Assembly (NCBI GenBank): GCA_001896725.1
Contig: MPPA01000052.1
Coordinates: 99,342-123,341 of the forward strand
DNA from: Methanococcoides sp. EBM-47
Lineage (GTDB): Archaea > Halobacteriota > Methanosarcinia > Methanosarcinales > Methanosarcinaceae
Length of the DNA: 24,000 nucleotides
Direction of reading: 5' to 3'
In this document: positions 8,394-14,812 of the stretch, one piece after another
How the letters are laid out: every line of letters begins with the position of its first letter
Position numbering within the stretch: position 1 is the stretch's first letter
Position numbers and translations under genes: made by a program
The notes under the pieces: generated by a model
Databases searched by the model: none
Told to the model about the DNA's origin: nothing
Seen by the model: only the letters and a program-made list of their open reading frames with translations

Positions 8394-8714
8394 ATGTCTT
8401 CAAACGTTACAGTGGATTCCGGAATATGCGGATTTGTACACAAGGTTCATGGAAAATTAGACGGGAAGAGTATCATCATTGATATTGAAACACCCTGTGA
8501 GAAGATCAGAAAGATGTCACATATGGAAATCCCCATGAAAGAAACCATGGATATCAAAGATAACTATGTGATGAACAAGGCTAAGGAATTACAATGCACA
8601 CCCACTTGCCTTGTCCCCTGTGCTGTGCTGCATGTGTGCTGGATGGAATCGGGAATGCTTTCAAAGAGCCTTGCCTGCAAAATAGGAGATATCAGTATCA
8701 AGTTCGATGAATGA
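8394..8714 (+). CDS. Small six-cysteine protein of unknown function (paralogue A)
   Basis: 106-aa ORF. It is clearly homologous to the 106-aa ORF at 20751-21071, with shared blocks ICGFxHK, GKxxGKxxIIDIExPCxK, SHMEIPxKE and TCLVPCxxxHVCxM. Conservation between two unlinked copies argues that it is a real gene. Confidence 0.65.
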   Translation: MSSNVTVDSGICGFVHKVHGKLDGKSIIIDIETPCEKIRKMSHMEIPMKETMDIKDNYVMNKAKELQCTPTCLVPCAVLHVCWMESGMLSKSLACKIGDISIKFDE

Positions 8715-8768
8715 TTTTACTATCCAAAATATTATGGCTGAATAAGAGCAAAAGTAAAACAATGACCA

Positions 8769-9530
8769 TCAGTATAGGTCTGCACGCCGGTCTGATAAAA
8801 CCGGGATATATGATCTTACCTTATCAGTATTTGCTGTATCTATTGAATGCATGATCGTGCATTCCTTATCATCAGCTTCCGCAAGCACATCACCTGCTGC
8901 TCCGATGATGACAGAACCTCCAAAAAAGGAGGAAGTGGAAGAGGATCCCACCAGATTGCAGGCTATATGAGGTATCTGGTTCTCAATGGAACGGGCCAAA
9001 GCAAGGGTCCTCCATACATGTTCCCTGGAATGTGGGAATTGGGCAACAGTTACCAGCAGGTCTGCACCCTCAAGAACCAGTTTCCTGGCAACCTCGGGAA
9101 AGCGCAGTTCATAACAGATCTCTAGTCCGATCTTAACACCGTATCTTTCAAGGGATATAGGGTGTATGCTGTTCCCGGCTGCAAAATAGTTTTGTTCCTG
9201 CTTGAAAGGATGGCATTTGCGATAAACACCTGCAAGCTTCCCATGTTCCACACAGAAACCAAGGTTATAGTACACTGGAACATTTTTATGGAACTGGACC
9301 TCGATTATAGAGCCTATTACAGCACATCTTGTTCTTTTTGAGAACTCAAGAAATCTAAGTATAGTGGGATAAGGATCTTCCTCTGCCAGATCGCTTAACC
9401 CTTCATAACAAAAGCCTGTAGAAAAGACTTCCGGGAACACGATGATATCTGCACCTGACAGAAGGGTTTTTTCTGCCATGGACATAGCTTTCTTTAAATT
9501 GTCGGGTTTAGAACAATGGGCTATTTCCAT
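8769..9530 (-). CDS. Carbon-nitrogen hydrolase (nitrilase superfamily) protein
   Basis: 253 aa with the Glu-Lys-Cys triad context: IIVFPEVF (Glu), VYRKCHPF (Lys), GLEICYELRFPE (Cys). It starts 17 nt after the upstream TrmO-like gene stop. Confidence 0.85.
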   Translation of the reverse strand: MEIAHCSKPDNLKKAMSMAEKTLLSGADIIVFPEVFSTGFCYEGLSDLAEEDPYPTILRFLEFSKRTRCAVIGSIIEVQFHKNVPVYYNLGFCVEHGKLAGVYRKCHPFKQEQNYFAAGNSIHPISLERYGVKIGLEICYELRFPEVARKLVLEGADLLVTVAQFPHSREHVWRTLALARSIENQIPHIACNLVGSSSTSSFFGGSVIIGAAGDVLAEADDKECTIMHSIDTANTDKVRSYIPVLSDRRADLY

Positions 9531-9547
9531 TTGTATACAGGCTACAT

Positions 9548-9976
9548 TTATGCAGACCGTAAATCATCACCTGCCATATCATTTTCTATGAACGGTTTTA
9601 TATCAAGTACAGGAGTGCCATCAATTGCATCTAGACCTCTGACGGTAAGCATATTTCCTTTGACCTCAAGCAGTTCTACCAAGGTAAGCCCTATGCTGTT
9701 CGGTCTTCGGGGTGATCTGGAAGCAAAGACACCTGCGATTTTACCATCATAACGGCGCTTTTGTATAAGGTTGTAGCCTTCCGAGCGATCAAAATAGAAC
9801 AGAACATAGATCTTAGAAAAATCTGTAATGTCTTTAAGGCCATCCTGGAATTCTTCTTTCAGAACTATATGTGATACTGAAGAATACATCTTCTCATCAA
9901 AGATGGCTTCTTTAAATATATTATGCACGTAGCCGATGGGATACATTTGAATGAGCTCATTATGCCTGATTTCCAA
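9548..9976 (-). CDS. TsaA/TrmO-like (YaeB, UPF0066) putative tRNA methyltransferase
   Basis: Shows PIGYVHN near the N-terminus and SRSPRRPNSIGLTLVELLEVKGNMLTVRGLDAIDGTPVLDIKPF, typical of the TsaA fold. The ORF-track start is TTG (9976). An in-frame ATG at 9946 (MYPIGYV...) is an equally plausible start. Confidence 0.75.
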   Translation of the reverse strand: MEIRHNELIQMYPIGYVHNIFKEAIFDEKMYSSVSHIVLKEEFQDGLKDITDFSKIYVLFYFDRSEGYNLIQKRRYDGKIAGVFASRSPRRPNSIGLTLVELLEVKGNMLTVRGLDAIDGTPVLDIKPFIENDMAGDDLRSA

Positions 9977-10042
9977 ATTATCACTGCCTCAAGTACCTTG
10001 TTAGTATCAAGAAATGGAATTAGAAGGATATTATAAACGATA

Positions 10043-10651
10043 TTACACCTCAACAAGCTTTGTTTGCTTTGTTTTTGGAGTAAGCCCACTTAGGTCCACA
10101 AGATCTTTCATTGTTTCCATCAGTATCATATTTGCCATGGAGATAAGCTGAGCATCTTCTGTCTTGACTTCATAGGCAGGATCATTTACAGGTATAGATA
10201 TTCGTGTAATCTCACTGCGATATAGTTTCAGGTTCTCATCCCTTGAAAGTGTTACCATGCATGTGGAGGATTCAAGGCAATTTGCAACACTTTTGTTATT
10301 GATACCAAGATGCAGAAGCTCTTCACGAAAAACTGGCCTCTTGAAGAGCCGGGAAATAATATAAATAGCAAGGGCTAGGCGCACTTCCATGTCCAGGTTC
10401 TTGATCTGGTCACCTACCATAGAGTAAATGTCTGTACACTTTTCATGGCTCTCCACGCGTTTATAGACCTTAGAGGGTGGGACCTCTATCTCCTGCAACT
10501 TTTTTAGGTCACGCAGAGCCCGCAGATATCCAGTCAATACTAGTCTGTGTTCAGCAAAACCTTTGTCTTTAAGCTCCCTGGTGATCGCGCTTATGGATAA
10601 TTGCCTATCTGCAAGCACATCATTTATCTTCTCATTAAGATTTTGGGACAT
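10043..10651 (-). CDS. Hypothetical protein with an N-terminal helix-turn-helix-like segment
   Basis: 202-aa ORF with an ATG start and coding-like composition. The N-terminal region (LSISAITRELKDKGFAEHRLVLTGYLRALRDLKKLQEIEV) looks wHTH-like. I recognise no family. Confidence 0.55.
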   Translation of the reverse strand: MSQNLNEKINDVLADRQLSISAITRELKDKGFAEHRLVLTGYLRALRDLKKLQEIEVPPSKVYKRVESHEKCTDIYSMVGDQIKNLDMEVRLALAIYIISRLFKRPVFREELLHLGINNKSVANCLESSTCMVTLSRDENLKLYRSEITRISIPVNDPAYEVKTEDAQLISMANMILMETMKDLVDLSGLTPKTKQTKLVEV

Positions 10652-10680
10652 GATATCTAGATTGATTGATAACAGAATTG

Positions 10681-10786
10681 GATATATTTATCGGTCTGCA
10701 AAGGAACAAGATAAAGAATTGTAGTGTTGCCTTCAAAGGTTACTCTTAATTACAATGGCGACGATATATTTTCCAGAGATATATTT
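10681..10786. repeat. Three exact copies of GATATATTT in the divergent promoter region between the 202-aa gene and dys
   Basis: Copies lie at 10681-10689, 10763-10771 and 10778-10786. The last two are 15 bp apart. Confidence 0.9.
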
Positions 10787-10814
10787 CTCAGAACGCTGAA
10801 TAAAGGTCCAATGA

Positions 10815-10825
10815 TATTTAATATA
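10815..10825 (+). promoter_or_regulatory. Candidate TATA box for deoxyhypusine synthase
   Basis: tatttaatata lies 44-54 nt upstream of the ATG at 10869. GAGGT (10858-10862) is a Shine-Dalgarno site 6 nt before the start. Confidence 0.35.
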
Positions 10826-10868
10826 GTGTTTCAGAATTTTATGATCTAGTCCATTAAGAGGTACCAAG

Positions 10869-11918
10869 ATGGAACCACATACAATCAATATTTTCACTCA
10901 GAACCCAACAAGGCCTTTAGATGTTAAGAACAGGTCTATAGGCCAGTTAGTAGACAGCATGCTATATACAGGATTTCAGGGAAGGAAGCTTGCCGAATCT
11001 GTACAAGCTTGGAACAATATGCTAAAAGAAGAAGAACTTACTATTATGATGGGACTTACAGGTGCAATGGTGCCTGCAGGCATGAGGAAAGTGATAGTGT
11101 ATCTGATAAAGAACAGGATGATAGATTGTCTGGTGAGCACGGGAGCAAATCTGTTCCATGATTGTCATGAAGCTATGGGAAAGAAGCATTACATTGGATC
11201 CCATCTGGCCAACGATGAAGAACTTTTTAGGCATGGAGTGGACAGAATATACGATGTTTTCGCTTTTGAAGAAGAGTTCAGGCATACGGACCATTTGGTA
11301 GCGGATTTTGCCAGGACACTTCATGGAAAAAGAATGTCCTCAAGAGAATTCATATATCTCCTTGGAAAAAAAATATGGGAAGAGGGAGATGGTGATGAGT
11401 CCATTGTGGGTAGTGCATATGAATATAATGTGCCTGTTTTTGTGCCTGCCCTGGGTGATAGTTCCATCGGGATAGGATTGACCATCGCAAGGAGGGAAGG
11501 GTTTGATGTGGATGTGGACCAAATAAAGGATGTCGACGAAATAACCCAGATAGTTGAGAAGTCTGGTAAGACAGGAGTTGTTTATGTAGGTGGAGGGGTT
11601 CCAAAGAACTTCATACAGCAGACAGAGGTTGTAGCTTCCATTATGGGTGCTGATATTGCCGGACATGATTATGCGATACAATATACAACAGATGTTCCTC
11701 ACTGGGGTGGTCTTTCAGGATGCACGTTCGATGAAGCTGTTTCCTGGGGTAAGATATCTGCAGGTGCAAAGAAAGTTCAGGTCTTTGTAGATGCGACCAT
11801 TGCACTTCCTATCATAGCCCATGCATTGCATGATAAGAACGCTCATGAAAAAAGGAAATTCCCAATATTTGTTTGGAATGAAAAGGGAGAACTGACTATC
11901 GATTTTAAAACATCCTGA
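10869..11918 (+). CDS. dys: Deoxyhypusine synthase
   Basis: 349 aa with family-typical blocks: LTGAMVPAGMRK, STGANLFHD, VPALGDSSIGIG, VGGGVPKNFIQQ and WGGLSGCTFDEAVSWGK. Confidence 0.92.
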   Translation: MEPHTINIFTQNPTRPLDVKNRSIGQLVDSMLYTGFQGRKLAESVQAWNNMLKEEELTIMMGLTGAMVPAGMRKVIVYLIKNRMIDCLVSTGANLFHDCHEAMGKKHYIGSHLANDEELFRHGVDRIYDVFAFEEEFRHTDHLVADFARTLHGKRMSSREFIYLLGKKIWEEGDGDESIVGSAYEYNVPVFVPALGDSSIGIGLTIARREGFDVDVDQIKDVDEITQIVEKSGKTGVVYVGGGVPKNFIQQTEVVASIMGADIAGHDYAIQYTTDVPHWGGLSGCTFDEAVSWGKISAGAKKVQVFVDATIALPIIAHALHDKNAHEKRKFPIFVWNEKGELTIDFKTS

Positions 11919-11994
11919 AATCACAACACATTTATTAAGATTAAAGAACATAGTGTGTAGGCAAAAAGTGTTCTGATGGATTAACTGAATTTTT

Positions 11995-12040
11995 GGACCG
12001 CTTGTACTTGAGAGTTTCGAGATTTAACTGGTTGCGGTCC
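11995..12040 (+). promoter_or_regulatory. GC-rich 7-bp inverted repeat upstream of the wHTH regulator operon (candidate operator or 5' leader structure)
   Basis: GGACCGC (11995-12001) and GCGGTCC (12034-12040) are separated by 32 nt. TTAACTG occurs twice (11981-11987 and 12024-12030). The repeat ends 29 nt before the ATG at 12069. Confidence 0.3.
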
Positions 12041-12068
12041 AGATGAGGCACATTCAGAGGTAAATGCT

Positions 12069-12578
12069 ATGAATAAACGGACAAGAATTATCAATGATCC
12101 TTCCGAACTTGTACCACTTCTCCAGATTTTTGGGTCAAAACGGCATAAAAAAGTATTTGATGCCCTCTTAAACTTATGGATGACCAAGGATGAGCTTGAG
12201 GAAACGCTGGGAACAGATGTTACACAGAGCATAAAGATCCTAAAGAAAAGCGGGTTGATCGAAAGCCAATGGCATATGCCTGAACCTGGAAAGACACCAC
12301 AAAAAGAATATCATAGTTCTTATTCAAAGGTCCAGACAAATTTCCAGTGTTCTGTGGAAGATATGAGTGACATTATAATGCTGACTTTCAAACCTTATGA
12401 AGAAGTAAAGGATATAATCGAGGAACTGGAAAGATTTGTGACCGAAGGAAACGAGTCAATGAGCAGCCTGACAAGAGCAATGAACAAAAGTCCAATGTAC
12501 ATTCGTGCAGTGGCACGGAGATCTGATAAACTGGCAGTGATGGGGCAACGCATCAAAGAAGTAGAGGATAAGGAATGA
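12069..12578 (+). CDS. Putative winged-helix (ArsR-like) DNA-binding protein
   Basis: 169 aa. The N-terminal half (KKVFDALLNLWMTKDELEETLGTDVTQSIKILKKSGLIESQW) resembles ArsR/wHTH. GAGGT lies upstream of the ATG. The stop overlaps the next gene's start (ATGA at 12575-12578). Confidence 0.6.
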   Translation: MNKRTRIINDPSELVPLLQIFGSKRHKKVFDALLNLWMTKDELEETLGTDVTQSIKILKKSGLIESQWHMPEPGKTPQKEYHSSYSKVQTNFQCSVEDMSDIIMLTFKPYEEVKDIIEELERFVTEGNESMSSLTRAMNKSPMYIRAVARRSDKLAVMGQRIKEVEDKE

Positions 12579-13363
12579 TAGAACTTCTTAGCAGTAAGAG
12601 CGGCATAACCAAATTTCAGATACTTATAGAAGTGGCTGCCCACCAGCCTAATGTTCGACAAAAGGAGATAGCTGAAAAGATCGGTGTAACACCTCAAGCG
12701 GTCTCAGAGTATATCAAAGAACTTATGGCTGAAGGACTGGTGAGCTCTGAGGGAAGAGTAAGGTACCGGATAACAAAACAGGGCGTTGAATGGGTCCTGG
12801 AGAATGCCTCAGAGATGAAAAGATACGCAAAGTTTGTGATGAGTGATATCATAAGTCATGTATCTACCTGGACCGCAATAGCTGAAGAAGATATGAACGC
12901 TGGTCAGGAAGTGTATCTTACGATGAGGAACGGTTTACTCTATGTGAGCACACAGGACGTCACTAATGCCACTGGTACGACCATCTCTGCTGCATTGAAG
13001 GGAGAGGATGTAGGTGTCACTGATCTGATGGGACTTATCGACCTGGAAAATGCAAGTATCACCGTCTGTAAGATACCGCGTGTAGAAAGAGGCGGGTCCA
13101 AGAATGTCGATCTGGAAAGGTTGGAAAGTCTGATAAGGTCAAAATCGTATCTTGCCACCATAGGAGTTGAATCTCTTATAGCTCTGAGAAGGGTGGGCAG
13201 GGAACCACACGTAATGTTCGGAGCAAAGGAATCCGTAGTAGAGGCAGCTTATCATGGTCTTTCCTCATTGGTACTGGCTATTGATGAAGAGGTTCCCGGT
13301 ATACTCAGCCGACTCGAAAGCGAGGATTTGGAATATGAACTTGTTGACCTATCCCTAAATTGA
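12575..13363 (+). CDS. Putative transcriptional regulator: N-terminal MarR-like wHTH plus an uncharacterised C-terminal domain (COG1497-like)
   Basis: 262 aa. TKFQILIEVAAHQPNVRQKEIAEKIGVTPQAVSEYIKELMAEGLVSSEGRVRYRITKQG is a clear wHTH. The C-terminal ~170 aa are unassigned. Confidence 0.7.
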   Translation: MIELLSSKSGITKFQILIEVAAHQPNVRQKEIAEKIGVTPQAVSEYIKELMAEGLVSSEGRVRYRITKQGVEWVLENASEMKRYAKFVMSDIISHVSTWTAIAEEDMNAGQEVYLTMRNGLLYVSTQDVTNATGTTISAALKGEDVGVTDLMGLIDLENASITVCKIPRVERGGSKNVDLERLESLIRSKSYLATIGVESLIALRRVGREPHVMFGAKESVVEAAYHGLSSLVLAIDEEVPGILSRLESEDLEYELVDLSLN

Positions 13364-13381
13364 ACTTATTGGAGTACATAA

Positions 13382-13912
13382 ATGAAGATAGTAGCTATCT
13401 CGGACACACACATTGAAACCGGAAAAATACCGGAATACCTTGCAGATGTGCTCTCTGATTGTGATATTATTGCTCATGCAGGTGATTTCACATCTTACGA
13501 ATGCTTCAAGGCTTTTGAAGCAACCGGTAAACTAAAAGCCGTGCATGGTAATGCAGACGAGGCCTTGATAAAACAGGAGATTCCTGAAAAGATCACATTT
13601 GAAGTAGAGGGTATAAAGATAGGTATGGTCCATGAAGGGGCCCTCTCTTTGAACGATACCACTGCTCTTAGATACCTTGCCCTTGAGATGGAAGTGGACA
13701 TACTTATTTTCGGTCATCTACACAGACCTCTGATCGAAAAGAGCGATGTATTGCTCATTTGCCCTGGCTCGCCTACAAAGCCCAGAATGTCCGATCCATG
13801 CGTTGTGGAGATAGACATTAGAAATGGAAATGTTTTTGCCAGAATGATTGGGATCGTTGGTCAGTCCTGCGACTATATAGAGTATTCACGTAAACTCGCA
13901 GAAGGGAAATAA
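13382..13912 (+). CDS. MJ0936/YfcE-family metallophosphoesterase (phosphodiesterase)
   Basis: 176 aa with MKIVAISDTH, HAGDF, HGNAD and FGHLH. This is the canonical D-x-H / GD / GN-x-D / GH-x-H metallophosphatase motif order. GGAG lies upstream, and the gene starts 18 nt after the previous gene. Confidence 0.85.
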   Translation: MKIVAISDTHIETGKIPEYLADVLSDCDIIAHAGDFTSYECFKAFEATGKLKAVHGNADEALIKQEIPEKITFEVEGIKIGMVHEGALSLNDTTALRYLALEMEVDILIFGHLHRPLIEKSDVLLICPGSPTKPRMSDPCVVEIDIRNGNVFARMIGIVGQSCDYIEYSRKLAEGK

Positions 13913-13918
13913 GGCATC

Positions 13919-14152
13919 TCAGTCAATGATATTGATCGTTTCGATCTTGAACATTACACCCATATCCTTCAATGTCATCTGCACTTTGTCCCCAAAATTT
14001 AAGATCTCATCCATATCTACGTGGTTCCCCCAATCATAAACATAATCATAGGAACCTTTCACAGGAGTAAAACCGAGGGACATCAAGCTCCGGGTAACCT
14101 CCGAGGGCCTTGCTCCATTACTGCTGAACCAGATCAGAAGATATGTTTTCAT
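13919..14152 (-). CDS. Hypothetical 77-aa protein
   Basis: ATG-initiated ORF on the same strand as the rpa-rpap pair and downstream of it. Its stop is 6 nt from the convergent phosphoesterase stop. I recognise no motif. The gene call rests only on ORF length, position and amino-acid composition. Confidence 0.45.
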   Translation of the reverse strand: MKTYLLIWFSSNGARPSEVTRSLMSLGFTPVKGSYDYVYDWGNHVDMDEILNFGDKVQMTLKDMGVMFKIETINIID

Positions 14153-14205
14153 AATATACCTATCAATTATGGACCATTGTTGTTTATGGCTCTTTTGCTC
14201 GGGAA

Positions 14206-14224
14206 CAGAAAGAAAAAAAGAAAG
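14206..14224 (-). terminator. Oligo-T terminator after rpap copy 1
   Basis: The minus strand reads ctttctttttttctttctg, starting 7 nt after the stop codon (14233-14231). Confidence 0.5.
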
Positions 14225-14230
14225 TACGGA

Positions 14231-14812
14231 TTAGTCATCCATAACATCAATATCTTCCTGCAGGGACCTGAGAGCCTTCAACACCATGGATGCATAGTGT
14301 TTTGCCTCTGTCCTGTAGTGTTCTTTTGCTCTTAATGCATCCGGATGGGATGTAGGAAGTACTTTTAGGCGCTCCAGAGTGACCCTGGCTGTGTCAAGTA
14401 CCCAGAGATCCCTGGTTTCACCATCGACTATGTACATTGATTCCGGTCTTATGGACGTAAGGATCTCGCCTTCAGGAGTAGTATATGTGCTAGGCTTGCC
14501 TACAATAGCTACAAATTCAGGAGTGTCACACTCTGAAAGCACCTGAGCGGCTTCTGGCTGATATTGACCTGCATATATGAAGAACGAACCTGTTGGATCG
14601 GACACCTTACCTCGCCAATATTCAGATTCACTGCCAATGTCCTCTTTCTCTATAAGAGTCCCCACTATGAACATCCTGTTTACTTTTGCACCTGTGGGGG
14701 TGAACAGATACTGAGGAGAATATTGGTCGTTCCCATCCTTGAAGGTCAAATTGGATTCCCTGAATTCCTGAGCGAATATCCTTCTGGCAGCTTCACGGGT
14801 ATAACCTGCCAT
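14231..14812 (-). CDS. RPA-associated OB-fold protein (COG3390-type, rpap-like), short form
   Basis: 193 aa. It is homologous to the ORF at 21082-21957, with shared blocks SDPTGxFxxYAGQYQPEAA, SIRPE and RDxWVLDTAxxTLxRL. Its ATG (14812-14810) directly abuts the TGA of the upstream rpa (14815-13). Confidence 0.75.
   Translation of the reverse strand: MAGYTREAARRIFAQEFRESNLTFKDGNDQYSPQYLFTPTGAKVNRMFIVGTLIEKEDIGSESEYWRGKVSDPTGSFFIYAGQYQPEAAQVLSECDTPEFVAIVGKPSTYTTPEGEILTSIRPESMYIVDGETRDLWVLDTARVTLERLKVLPTSHPDALRAKEHYRTEAKHYASMVLKALRSLQEDIDVMDD

Noticed and set aside
11981-12232. 83-aa minus-strand ORF overlapping the start of the first wHTH gene
   Set aside because: It is antisense to a better-supported gene that forms a coupled operon. 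It has no recognisable features.
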